A stretch of DNA of 52,716 bases from Escherichia phage BEK12A. The notes beneath the pieces were generated by a model. That model was not told the DNA's origin and searched no databases. It saw only the letters and a list, made by a program, of their open reading frames with translations. This document shows, piece by piece, positions 20,301 to 28,988 of the stretch. The position numbers were made by a program, and so were the translations under genes. Each line of letters begins with the position of its first letter. Position 1 is the stretch's first letter. Location: sequence record MN158210.1; one strand, given 5' to 3'.

Positions 20301-20927
20301 AAAGAGATAAACGACCTTGACGGAGTTATCAAAACAGAAGTCGAGGCTAACATCTCAGAAGTGAAACAGGCGATCGCCAATGAGACAGAGGCAAGGGTTC
20401 AGGCTGACCAGGCTTTAACAGCTAAATTCGGAGATGTTGAATCAGCACTAGCCGAAAAACTTGATTCGTGGGCTAACGTTAATTCTGTTGGCGCTAAGTA
20501 CTCTATGAAATTGGGCCTTACTTACAATGGTCAGAAGTACAGCGCAGGAATGATCATGCAGTTGTCGCAATCTTCTCAAGGCTTGATCTCGCAAATCTTG
20601 TTTGATGCTAACAGGTTCGCGATCATGACTAGCTCTACTGGCGGAACGTTTACTTTGCCTTTCGTTGTTGAAAACAACCAGGTTTTCATTAACAGCCTGC
20701 TAGTTAAAAACGGTTCAATTACAAATGCCATGATCGGTAATTATATTCAGTCGAATAACTTTGTTGCCAATCAGCAGGGTTGGAGGCTGGATAAAAACGG
20801 CAGATTTGAGAACTACGGAACTAGAGCGGGAGAAGGAGCTACAAAATTCACTAACGAAGGCTTAAAGGTGAAAGATGCAAATGGACGATTGAGAGTTGAG
20901 ATAGGGAGAATAACCGGAAGTTGGTAA
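17349..20927 (+). CDS. tail tip / central tail fiber protein (lambda gpJ-like host specificity protein)
   Basis: 1192 aa; follows M-L-K-I block; C-terminal coiled-coil repeats (NESEARA..VQQLD.KFTKEI repeated). Confidence 0.8.
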   Translation: MAENMITGSKGGSKKPYVPKEMEDNLISINKIKVLLAVSDGECDPDFTLRDLYLDDVPVIASDGTVNYEGVTAEYRPGTQTQDYIQGFTDTSSEVTVSRDITADNPYIISVTNKNLSAIRIKILMPVGIKQEDNGDLVGVRVQYAVDMAVDGGSYNEVMRDVIDGKTRSGYDRSRRIDLPKFDERVLIRVKRLTPDSTSSKVTDKIKLQSYAEVVDAKFRYPLTGLVFVEFDSELFPTQIPNISIKKKWKIINVPSNYDPISREYHGSWDGTFKKAWSNNPAWVLYDLVTNQRYGLDQRELGIQIDKWSLYEAGVYCDQKVPDGKGGTEPRYLCDVVIQNQVEAYQLIRDICSIFRGMSFWNGESLSIVIDKPRDPSYVFTNENVINGDFQYTAASEKSMYTQCNVTFDDEQNMYQQDVEGVFDTEAALRFGYNPTSITAIGCTRRSEANRRGRWVLKTNLRSTTVNFATGLEGMIPSIGDVIAIADNFQSSNLTLNLSGRVMEVSGLQVFVPFKVDARPGDFIIINKPDGKPVKRTISKVSADGKTIELNIGFGFDVKPDTVFAIDRTDLALQQYVVTTISKGDDENEFTYSITAVEYDPNKYDEIDYGVNIDDRPTSIVQPDVMAAPENVQISSYSRVVQGVSVETMVVSWEKVPYASLYEMQWRKGDGNWLNTPQTANKEIEVEGIYSGNYQVRVRSVSASGSTSPWSKIATATLTGKVGEPGAPINLTASDNEVFGIRVKWGMPEGSGDTAYIELHQSPDGTVENSSLLTLIPYPQYEYWHSTLPAGQVVWYRIRSVDRIGNVSGWTDFVRGMASDDVESVLGDILDKIFDTEAGQEIKENAIDSANKIKDQAQSIIQNALANDADVKWTRVQNGKRKAEYGHALELIANETEARVTQIEELKASIDEDIVSSIKTVQEAIANESETRATQVQQLDSKFTKEIDGVKRDTAASIGEVRQTITNESEARAQAVQQLDAKFTKEINDLDGVIKTEVEANISEVKQAIANETEARVQADQALTAKFGDVESALAEKLDSWANVNSVGAKYSMKLGLTYNGQKYSAGMIMQLSQSSQGLISQILFDANRFAIMTSSTGGTFTLPFVVENNQVFINSLLVKNGSITNAMIGNYIQSNNFVANQQGWRLDKNGRFENYGTRAGEGATKFTNEGLKVKDANGRLRVEIGRITGSW

Positions 20928-20930
20928 AAA

Positions 20931-20952
20931 AAGGGGGCATAGCCCCCTTTAA
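20931..20952. terminator. terminator between convergent genes
   Basis: AAGGGGGCATAGCCCCCTT flanked by A-run and T-run. Confidence 0.6.
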
Positions 20953-20954
20953 TT

Positions 20955-21569
20955 TTAATCATAGTGTGATGAATTTATAACCAAAACAGATGAAGCCGTG
21001 TAAATACCAACAGGACCAGAAGTTTGTGCAACCTGCCTAGATAAAGAATATACCCCGTTGCCATACGCGGCAGCTTGAGACTCAAATATCATGAATCCAC
21101 CTAAAGACGGATTACGCACAGAGTTTAAAGCTGTTAGTGACGGCATGATGGCGCAAGGGTATCCCAAGTTAACGTCAAAAGTGATCCCGCTTACAGATAC
21201 AAGTTTTGCATCTAAAGGCTTCATCTTTCCATGATAAACCATCTCACCATTAGCATTATAAAAAGCTATTCCGTGACTACCAGGAGGAGTAACCATATTG
21301 CTAAAAGCATAAACAAATACCTCACCTTGATTGTCTGACTTTTCTATCTTTATTGCGTGCTTCCCACCATTATTAAATTGAGTAAATGCTATGTATGATT
21401 TTGATGTTAACCTTACAAAAAAGAAGCACGGTATATTTATTGGTATAGAAGTATTAAAAACGGTTCCTGTTTTTGCTGATATTTTACCTTTATCTATAAG
21501 GTTAACAGGAGTGAAATCTGGACTTAACCACAATGATCCGTCTGGTTTTTTTATGCTCATCCCGTACAT
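20955..21569 (-). CDS. hypothetical protein, candidate receptor-binding protein
   Basis: about 204 aa (ORF-track start is TTG; first ATG at codon 5); last gene of lipoprotein-led leftward operon downstream of J. Confidence 0.4.
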   Translation of the reverse strand: MYGMSIKKPDGSLWLSPDFTPVNLIDKGKISAKTGTVFNTSIPINIPCFFFVRLTSKSYIAFTQFNNGGKHAIKIEKSDNQGEVFVYAFSNMVTPPGSHGIAFYNANGEMVYHGKMKPLDAKLVSVSGITFDVNLGYPCAIMPSLTALNSVRNPSLGGFMIFESQAAAYGNGVYSLSRQVAQTSGPVGIYTASSVLVINSSHYD

Positions 21570-21571
21570 TA

Positions 21572-21850
21572 TTACCCCCAAAAAGTATATATATATCTTG
21601 AGTCAGATCCAGAAAGTCCGCTCCATGTAACAGTATCACCGCTTACACCTAAACTTGGAGCGCCTGGATCGCCTCCTCGCCACGAATTCATTCCAACATA
21701 TATTGCTTTCAAAGACTTACCTGGAGGCCTGTTTGAGTAGGTCTTACTGCCGGATGATTGAGTAAATTTATCCAAGAAAAAAACTGGAGTTAAAAGGCCA
21801 GTAACATTTCTACCTTGCTCATCATATATTGCATACCCATATTCAGCCAT
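21572..21850 (-). CDS. hypothetical Gly/Ser-rich protein
   Basis: 92 aa, RBS GAGGTG; 3' end contains (TA)5 tract; coupled to lipoprotein gene stop. Confidence 0.4.
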   Translation of the reverse strand: MAEYGYAIYDEQGRNVTGLLTPVFFLDKFTQSSGSKTYSNRPPGKSLKAIYVGMNSWRGGDPGAPSLGVSGDTVTWSGLSGSDSRYIYTFWG

Positions 21851-22118
21851 TTTTGCACCTCAAATCAATGAATTTTCTTTCATCTTGCCAACGGTTGATA
21901 AATTTAACTTCTTTATTGTCAACGCTCAACCTGTATTGCTTTTGGCTGAATCTGTTTTCGCGGACCGCATTAATTTTAACTTCATGGAATCCGTTAACAG
22001 GGAATGTTTTAACGTTAAATTTTGCCGTGCAATCGATCTCCTTGAAGTTGCCAGTAGGCGAAGAAGAACATCCGGTCAGGGCGGCTACGGTGGCGATAAC
22101 TGCGATTAATTTTTTCAT
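21843..22118 (-). CDS. lipoprotein, candidate superinfection-exclusion (Cor/Llp-like) protein
   Basis: MKKLIAVIATVAALTGCSSS signal peptide with lipobox; RBS AAGGAG; first gene of leftward operon next to tail tip gene. Confidence 0.5.
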   Translation of the reverse strand: MKKLIAVIATVAALTGCSSSPTGNFKEIDCTAKFNVKTFPVNGFHEVKINAVRENRFSQKQYRLSVDNKEVKFINRWQDERKFIDLRCKNG

Positions 22119-22173
22119 CTTCAATACTCCTTAGTTGTTGTTGGCTGTAACTATACACGATCCGGCAAGCCGA

Positions 22174-22192
22174 GTTTAGCAAAAAGTGCTAT
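22174..22192 (-). promoter_or_regulatory. conserved 20-bp box upstream of leftward lipoprotein operon (variant GCTAAAC)
   Basis: minus strand reads ATAGCACTTTTTGCTAAAC, then 18 bp, then TATAGT. Confidence 0.5.
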
Positions 22193-22254
22193 TTGTTATT
22201 TTTTGTTTTCCGGTGTTATCGGATTTAAGACGGCGTAAATTTAGCGCAAATCTT

Positions 22255-22460
22255 AGCCAACATAAGAACAATAAATAATCAATAAAATAGATATATACAT
22301 ATAAAATCAATAGTTTATTTATTTATGTATGTATATTTGTTTTTTCTTGTTATCTGTGTTTCTTGTGGTTTTGGTTGTTTGTGGTGATTTTTCTTTCTGA
22401 GTATCTGTATGTGCCATCATTCATGTGTATGTATATAATCCGGCGTATCTGAGAGAACAA
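22255..22460. repeat. AT-rich noncoding repeat region A (homologous to 43890-44030)
   Basis: TATTTATTTATGTATGTATATTTG..TTGTTATCTGTG..TTGTGG..TTTGG..GTATCTGTATGTG shared with region B. Confidence 0.6.
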
Positions 22461-22561
22461 GGGAACAAGAAAAATAACACATATTAATCATTAACTTACT
22501 CGTCAAATTTGTTTTATTGCCATCTGAGAACGTTTAGAAAACAGAAAAAACAAAACAACTA

Positions 22562-22589
22562 TTGACTAAATCAACCAAATGGCTACAAT
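22562..22589 (+). promoter_or_regulatory. sigma-70 promoter (TTGACT-16-TACAAT) for recombination operon
   Basis: near-consensus hexamers about 30 nt upstream of the 22620 start. Confidence 0.6.
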
Positions 22590-22619
22590 GCACACACAAA
22601 GCAACGAGGAGCATTAAAG

Positions 22620-23675
22620 ATGAGTGATTTTAACGCCTATACTAGCGAAGAAATGAGTAACGAGCTTTATCACGATCCAGAAGCGTGGACGGCTGAATAT
22701 GTCAGCGGTTCCAGCCTGGCGGAGATTTACAGCACTTGCCCGGCGTACTGGAAGTACAAGCCTCGCCAGGAAACTAAGGCACTTGTTTTCGGTACGCAGT
22801 CGCATACCAATTTTGAAAGCAAGGAGTTATTCGAAAAAACATATCGCCGCGCACCGTCGCAGGATGATTTTAAAGATCTGATCACAAGTCAAACGGCGTT
22901 AGCCTCAAAGCTGAAATCTTTTGGCCTGAAAGGTACAACGGGTAAGCAATATCCAGAATTGCTGGAAATGCTGTACAAGTGCGGTGAGGATCTCAATGTA
23001 TGGTGGCTTATCGAAATGATGGCAGAATGCCAGGCCGCAGCGGACGGCGTGCAGTTAATCGACGCGAAAGATTATGATGCCTGTGTAGCGATGCGGCGCG
23101 TACTTGAGGCAATACCTGAGCATAATGCTTGCATGAATAGCCCAACCGCGCAGCGTGAAATGTCAATATTCGGGATCATCAATGGCGTAAAAGTTAAAGT
23201 GCGTCTTGATCACGTTGACGTAAACAAGGATGTAAAGGCCACAATCATTAACGGTTACGACGAAAAAGGCCGACCGATTTATGAAGAAGTCATCTATCCA
23301 GAAGCTGTGATTATCACTGACTATAAAACAACGGTTAGCGCAAATCCGGTTGACTTCCAGCGCCTGGCTTACAATCACGGCTATTATCTCAAAATGGCTT
23401 TGCAGCATGATTTATTTAAAAAGGCTTATCCAGACGAGGAAAGGCCAGTAATTGTGAGATTGCTTGCTCAAGAGAAGAAAGAGCCTTACTTGCCGCTCGC
23501 ATTCCGCATGAACATTGAGCAATTGAAGATTGGGCGTATCCAGTACATGAGCGTGATCAATAAGTTCAATGTTTGCCAGAAGTTAGATGAATGGCCTTCG
23601 TATGCAAACGGGCAGCCAGAAATTGATCTTGATACTCCTGATTGGGTCCGCGCCCAATTCAGGCAGTATCTATGA
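22620..23675 (+). CDS. PD-(D/E)XK family exonuclease (recombination exonuclease)
   Basis: RLDHVD ... VIITDYKT motif arrangement typical of RecB/lambda-Exo-like nucleases; followed by annealing protein and SSB. Confidence 0.55.
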   Translation: MSDFNAYTSEEMSNELYHDPEAWTAEYVSGSSLAEIYSTCPAYWKYKPRQETKALVFGTQSHTNFESKELFEKTYRRAPSQDDFKDLITSQTALASKLKSFGLKGTTGKQYPELLEMLYKCGEDLNVWWLIEMMAECQAAADGVQLIDAKDYDACVAMRRVLEAIPEHNACMNSPTAQREMSIFGIINGVKVKVRLDHVDVNKDVKATIINGYDEKGRPIYEEVIYPEAVIITDYKTTVSANPVDFQRLAYNHGYYLKMALQHDLFKKAYPDEERPVIVRLLAQEKKEPYLPLAFRMNIEQLKIGRIQYMSVINKFNVCQKLDEWPSYANGQPEIDLDTPDWVRAQFRQYL

Positions 23676-23747
23676 CAAACTAAACAAATAGCTAAACTTT
23701 TATAATGGTTGGTGATATAATTCGCCAACCAGATAACGGGAGAATGA

Positions 23748-24404
<657 letters not shown>

Positions 24405-24409
24405 TAAAC

Positions 24410-24428
24410 GGGGCGCTTGCGCCCCTTT
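24410..24428 (+). terminator. hairpin, weak terminator / attenuator before ssb
   Basis: GGGGCGCTTGCGCCCC plus TTTTG, then RBS AGGAGA. Confidence 0.35.
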
Positions 24429-24447
24429 TGTCATAGGAGAAAACAAA

Positions 24448-24900
24448 ATGCACGTTATTACAGGTGAGATCCGAAAAGAGCCAAAAGTAAAGCAAATGCC
24501 TAACGGCAGCACGCTATATGTTGTTGAGCTTTCAGAACGATATAAAGACCGTGAAGGCAATTGGCAGTATACAAACTATGTGTTTTTCTTTAACGCGAAA
24601 ACAGACGGCCTGAATGGTTGGTATGCTGAGGCGTTCCAGGTAGGCAAGGTTATTTCTGTTTCCTGCGAAACCTTGCGAGTTGAAACGCGAGAATACAACG
24701 GAAAGATTTACAGCACCGTGCAGCCTGGCGGATTTGCAAGCCTGCTATTTAGCCAGCGCGGAGAAAGTCAGCAACAATATCAGCAGCGAACGCAAGGAGG
24801 CTGGGGGCAACCACAACAGCAACAGCAACAAAACGCTCAACAGCAGCCGCAGCAAAGCAATCAGCCTCCGATTGACTTTGACGATGATATACCATTCTGA
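24448..24900 (+). CDS. ssb: single-stranded DNA-binding protein
   Basis: OB-fold-like N-terminus, Gly/Gln-rich linker and C-terminal acidic tail PIDFDDDIPF diagnostic of SSB. Confidence 0.85.
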   Translation: MHVITGEIRKEPKVKQMPNGSTLYVVELSERYKDREGNWQYTNYVFFFNAKTDGLNGWYAEAFQVGKVISVSCETLRVETREYNGKIYSTVQPGGFASLLFSQRGESQQQYQQRTQGGWGQPQQQQQQNAQQQPQQSNQPPIDFDDDIPF

Positions 24901-24903
24901 TAA

Positions 24904-24936
24904 CAAAAAGCCCCGCATGTGCGGGGCATTTTTTTA
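24904..24936. terminator. bidirectional rho-independent terminator
   Basis: GCCCCGCATGTGCGGGGC flanked by A-run and T-run between convergent ssb and tail fiber genes. Confidence 0.7.
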
Positions 24937-27333
24937 GTTAAGAGTAGTAGGATTGTTGATTAGCTTTGACAGCAACTCTTTTAACTCTGCAACCTCCTTT
25001 TCAAGTTTTGATATTCTTTCTTTGTTATCAACATCACGAGCGCGAAGCGCTTTTATTGCAGCCAGTCCATCCATCAGCAGCGGATTAGTGTCAAGAGTCA
25101 TAATTCCAGATACAGAATCGCTATGAACATACTCCCTATCTATCATCATGGCATCTTGAGCTATTATTCCGCGTCTTGCACTCCTTTCGTTGCTATCAAA
25201 TGTATACCTAAATAATTTGAAGTTCATCCTTGATATATTATCTAGCGCGCATTCAACATTAAGATTTCCTTTAACATCCTTGAATCTAATATCAGAGGTT
25301 CCAGACTTCTGTAATGTGTTCCAAGGCTTAGTTGTTTTGGCTACCTTCGGATCTCCTGTATCGTTATATCTAGTGTATGCATTCCCAGCCGTGTCAATCC
25401 AGAATTGAAATATCCTGTATTTATCATAGGATGATTGAAAACCACCTCCATTTGCAGGAGCCCACTTAGTACCGCTTAGATTATCACTTATAAACTGACA
25501 TCCGGCGTTTGTTATATCATTAGCAAGGCTTTTTACTTGACCAACTCCATATTTTGATGCTACAGGATGCCAAACCCAACCACTCCACTTCCACGAACCA
25601 GAAGCCTTGTCATAACTCCTTGAATAGTAAGATGGATCGTCAATAGGGTAATAATATTGATTTGCATGTTCTACCCCGTTCGCAGTAGAGCTTGTAACAA
25701 GAAGAACGCCAGCTTTTTGTACTGGATAGTTATTTTGAGGAGTTGCGTTAGCATTTGCACCCTGATAGTAATAACCAAAATTACTATAACCATATAAGTC
25801 ATTTAGGTTTCCGCTTAATGCACCCCTTTGCTGCCTCATTAAATTTAGGTTGTCTCTTGCCGACTCTGCTGATTTTGAACCAGTACCCCCCTTGCTTATT
25901 GGTAAAGCTATATCAGATTTCGATGTAGAATCCCACATTCCCCAATCGCCATTATTTTTTACGAAAATTCGCTTTGTTCCATCAGCACTTGAAACGACGG
26001 TCTCACCGGATGCATCAGTTCCCTGCACCAATCTATCTACGCCAAGATTCACCTTTGTAGTTTTCACATCTGACACTGAAATAGAATTTCCGATGAAATT
26101 ACCGCTAATGCTGAAATTTCCATCAATGTCAAGACCTGCATACTTGTTAACAGAGCTGTCAGCATTTGACAAATGAAGTGTTAACCATTCCTTATTGTCT
26201 CCGCGTATTTCACCATAAAACCTATATCCAAGCCTTTTTTGACCAGATGTATTATTCAGATACCCTGACAATATGCCAGCCGCAGCTTGCGGTGAGTCGC
26301 TTTTCTTAACAAGATTAATGTTTTGAAATTGAGGGGTATTATCATCTCCAAGCCCTATCCTTGTTCTGTATGTGTCAGTTGCCTCCTGAGAATAAAATGC
26401 AGACCATGCTGACCATACTTGTCTTGTTGGATCGTACCATCTCGAATAAAAGTAAGCCTGAGAATTGTAAGGCATGTAAATTTGATGGCAGGCATCGTTA
26501 CCGTTAGCCCTGTTTGAGATAACTTGCAAAGATCCGGCCAATTTTGCTGGATACCCCCTTTCAGGAGTAGCTAAAGCACTATCACCTTGAAAGTAAAGAC
26601 CAGCTTGCTCACCCTTAAGATTATCTATGTTTGTCTCATCAAGATTAACCCATGATTGATAGTATGCGCTTAAATTCTTTCGTGAGACAACCTTATCAGC
26701 AAGATCATTAAGATTTTGAGACTTAACAAGAAAATTACCAGGTTGAATGCTTTCTGCATACTGCTTAGCTTTATCTTCGCTTGCTTTTGCTGCATCCTGA
26801 CTACCCTTAGCGGCTGTTGCAGAATTTGCCGACGCATCTTGACTGGCCTTTGCAGCATTCTTGAATTGCTCGGCGTCATTTCTTGCATTAACAGCATTTG
26901 TTTCGCTTATTTTTGCAGCTTCCGCGCTTTGTTTTGCTGATTCAGCGCCTTGCTTCACCTGATTTACAAGATCTTTCAACCCATCAAGATCGAAATCTCT
27001 AAAAAATTCAAGCGCGTCAGCGATCTCTGTTTCCTTGCTTTGATAGTAACGCAGCGTTTCCGCTACGTCCTGCGCCAGCCCGTCAACCGTTAACGAGTCA
27101 TGAAGCAAGATCAGGTAATTTGTCTTCTGAACTACCGCGCCGCCAGTAGTAATTGCGCGAATGCTTGTATCGCTAATCACTTCTGTAATCACAGCAGCTT
27201 GCAAAGGTTGAGTAAGAAAGAAAATAGTTGCGCCTGGGCGAATCAAGGTTAATTGCTCACGCCATTTTGTGTCGTAACCAGTTACATAACCTTGCGCGTC
27301 CATAGACGCTTGGCCTTGTCTGTAAATTGCCAT
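24934..27333 (-). CDS. side tail fiber with C-terminal intramolecular chaperone (peptidase S74-like) domain
   Basis: 799 aa; C-terminus [21 protein letters not shown]...[12 protein letters not shown] resembles auto-cleaving chaperone domain of T5 L-shaped fiber / endosialidase; RBS AGGAGG. Confidence 0.75.
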   Translation of the reverse strand: MAIYRQGQASMDAQGYVTGYDTKWREQLTLIRPGATIFFLTQPLQAAVITEVISDTSIRAITTGGAVVQKTNYLILLHDSLTVDGLAQDVAETLRYYQSKETEIADALEFFRDFDLDGLKDLVNQVKQGAESAKQSAEAAKISETNAVNARNDAEQFKNAAKASQDASANSATAAKGSQDAAKASEDKAKQYAESIQPGNFLVKSQNLNDLADKVVSRKNLSAYYQSWVNLDETNIDNLKGEQAGLYFQGDSALATPERGYPAKLAGSLQVISNRANGNDACHQIYMPYNSQAYFYSRWYDPTRQVWSAWSAFYSQEATDTYRTRIGLGDDNTPQFQNINLVKKSDSPQAAAGILSGYLNNTSGQKRLGYRFYGEIRGDNKEWLTLHLSNADSSVNKYAGLDIDGNFSISGNFIGNSISVSDVKTTKVNLGVDRLVQGTDASGETVVSSADGTKRIFVKNNGDWGMWDSTSKSDIALPISKGGTGSKSAESARDNLNLMRQQRGALSGNLNDLYGYSNFGYYYQGANANATPQNNYPVQKAGVLLVTSSTANGVEHANQYYYPIDDPSYYSRSYDKASGSWKWSGWVWHPVASKYGVGQVKSLANDITNAGCQFISDNLSGTKWAPANGGGFQSSYDKYRIFQFWIDTAGNAYTRYNDTGDPKVAKTTKPWNTLQKSGTSDIRFKDVKGNLNVECALDNISRMNFKLFRYTFDSNERSARRGIIAQDAMMIDREYVHSDSVSGIMTLDTNPLLMDGLAAIKALRARDVDNKERISKLEKEVAELKELLSKLINNPTTLN

Positions 27334-27350
27334 TTGTAAAATCCTCCTAA

Positions 27351-27370
27351 ATAGCACTTTTTGCTAATGA
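27351..27370 (+). promoter_or_regulatory. conserved 20-bp box (variant), opposite orientation to adjacent tail fiber gene
   Basis: ATAGCACTTTTTGCTAATGA immediately upstream of the fiber RBS on the other strand. Confidence 0.4.
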
Positions 27371-27398
27371 CAATGCAGATAATAGCATTTTCAAATGC

Positions 27399-27422
27399 AA
27401 AAAAAAACCCCGCATAAGCGGG
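27399..27422 (-). terminator. rho-independent terminator of primase operon
   Basis: minus strand CCCCGCTTATGCGGGG followed by TTTTTTTT. Confidence 0.65.
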
Positions 27423-27439
27423 GCAATACTAGCGGAGTT

Positions 27440-28369
27440 TTATAGTAGTGATTCAGGCTTATAGAGTTTTCTTTCTACGCCCTGTTTAAAATTATCGTTA
27501 ACAGGCATCATTATGTCAAGACCTCTTTCCTCTGCTGCGATTATCACATCACGATCATCTTTCCGGCAGACTACGCGCATTCTTCTTTCTCCTTTATATC
27601 TATGCGCAACCATTTCAAGATTTGAAGGAGTAAAGCAGGCCCACACCTCTTGACCAGTTGACAAATGAACATGCTGGGAATCAACCCAATCAAGGCACAA
27701 ATAGATCGTCTTATCTGTGCTACCTGTTTTAACAACAGATCCGCGCGTGTAGTCGCGAGCTAAAAACCAATCCTTTCCATCCTCATCAATGAAAAGCACG
27801 TTACACATTTCATCATCCAGCCCGTCATCATGCACCAGGTGACAAGGTAGCGCGTGAATGTATCGACCATCCTTGACGCCGCAATCATAATAACAATCTT
27901 CCGGCGGATATATCCCCTCATAAACGCTTAAGGGTGTGCGATCGAATTTTAATGTTTTTGCCATCACTTTTTCGCAGCATTCATGACTTGCCTGTTTCCC
28001 GAACGAGTAACCAGAAGAACGCGAAGCGCGCTTGTTTGCTCTGATCCTGTAATCCTGCGGCACTTTTCCGAGGAAGCGGCCCAAAATGTTGATGGCCTCG
28101 CTGTAAGGTTCGCCAGTTAATTTCATTAACCAACCGATCCCCGTGTCGTTACCGCATACGTTGCAGATCGCGCCGCCATCGCCCTCTTCATTTAGCTTAT
28201 CAGTCCATCTAAAACGATCCTTACCGCCGCAGTGTGGGCAAGGCTGATGCTTTTTGTTGAAAACATCGCTATGCAGTCCGCAAATGCTTTGTAGTGCTTC
28301 ACGCCATAACCCCTTCATATATGGCAAAACGTCTTCTTTCTGATAGGTCATAAAGTTTTCAGTATTCAT
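27440..28369 (-). CDS. DNA primase (zinc-ribbon primase domain)
   Basis: CPHCGGKDRFRWTD...CNVCGN zinc-binding motif typical of primase-helicase Zn ribbons; start taken at MNTENF downstream of a hairpin; start uncertain. Confidence 0.6.
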   Translation of the reverse strand: MNTENFMTYQKEDVLPYMKGLWREALQSICGLHSDVFNKKHQPCPHCGGKDRFRWTDKLNEEGDGGAICNVCGNDTGIGWLMKLTGEPYSEAINILGRFLGKVPQDYRIRANKRASRSSGYSFGKQASHECCEKVMAKTLKFDRTPLSVYEGIYPPEDCYYDCGVKDGRYIHALPCHLVHDDGLDDEMCNVLFIDEDGKDWFLARDYTRGSVVKTGSTDKTIYLCLDWVDSQHVHLSTGQEVWACFTPSNLEMVAHRYKGERRMRVVCRKDDRDVIIAAEERGLDIMMPVNDNFKQGVERKLYKPESLL

Positions 28370-28381
28370 GGCAAACCCCAA

Positions 28382-28417
28382 TAAAAAAGCCCAGCAAATA
28401 TTATCATTTCGCTGGGC
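28382..28417 (-). terminator. terminator / attenuator hairpin between HTH gene and primase
   Basis: minus strand GCCCAGC-15 nt loop-GCTGGGC followed by TTTTTTAT. Confidence 0.4.
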
Positions 28418-28424
28418 CTTATCA

Positions 28425-28901
28425 TTAGCTATTCGTGCTGTTATCACCTTTGTAGAATCGTCCGCCTGGTTCGTAGTCTGAATTTTTGACTACGCGCAAC
28501 ATTTCGTATTTGTCGCAACGGGTAGTAAGAGGCTTGCCGTTAGAATCAAACCGCAGATCTGGACGACAAAACGAGGCGCGGTATCCTTTGCATCCATTAT
28601 ATTTGTAGTCGTTATGCACCTTTTGTGCTCCAGCGGCTGAAATCATACCACGCTTTCGCCATTGGTTAACAACTTGCTGAGATACGCGCAGACGTCGAGC
28701 CATAGCAGGAACGCCGCCGTAATACTCGATCAGAATGTCAAGGCGAGATTTCAGGCTTGCTTTTACCTCATCTCGCAGGATAAGAAATCCGGTTCGGTGT
28801 TTTCGTGGCTTTTTGTCTTTACCTCGTCGCGTTCCGTTGTTACCGTTAATAGTGCGCTTGTCGATCTCACCCGTAGACACTGCAATTCGTGCATCTTTCA
28901 T
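28425..28901 (-). CDS. HTH DNA-binding protein (Cro/YdaS-like helix-turn-helix)
   Basis: YGGVPAMARRLRVSQQVVNQWRKRG motif; RBS GAGGTG; first gene of leftward operon. Confidence 0.5.
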   Translation of the reverse strand: MKDARIAVSTGEIDKRTINGNNGTRRGKDKKPRKHRTGFLILRDEVKASLKSRLDILIEYYGGVPAMARRLRVSQQVVNQWRKRGMISAAGAQKVHNDYKYNGCKGYRASFCRPDLRFDSNGKPLTTRCDKYEMLRVVKNSDYEPGGRFYKGDNSTNS

Positions 28902-28913
28902 CTAGTCACCTCA

Positions 28914-28965
28914 TAGCATTTTTTGTTAAAACAGTTTATTGTAATGAGTCTATTATATACTCCAA
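28914..28965 (+). promoter_or_regulatory. conserved 20-bp box plus -10-like TATTAT upstream of helicase operon
   Basis: ATAGCATTTTTTGTTAAAAC, 18 bp, TATTAT; divergent from HTH gene. Confidence 0.55.
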
Positions 28966-28988
28966 ATGGCATTTTTTAAAGGTTTAAG

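Noticed and set aside
21391-22134. Plus-strand ORFs 21391..21630, 21829..22134 and 21885..22109
   Set aside because: Antisense to the leftward lipoprotein / RBP operon, which has RBSs, a signal peptide and a box leader; the plus ORFs lack start context.
22255-22460. Possible CRISPR array or tRNA in the repeat-rich intergenic regions
   Set aside because: Repeats are short, degenerate and not separated by regular unique spacers; no cloverleaf-compatible sequence with conserved T-loop (GTTCRANYC) was spotted by eye. A tRNA scan would be needed to be certain.
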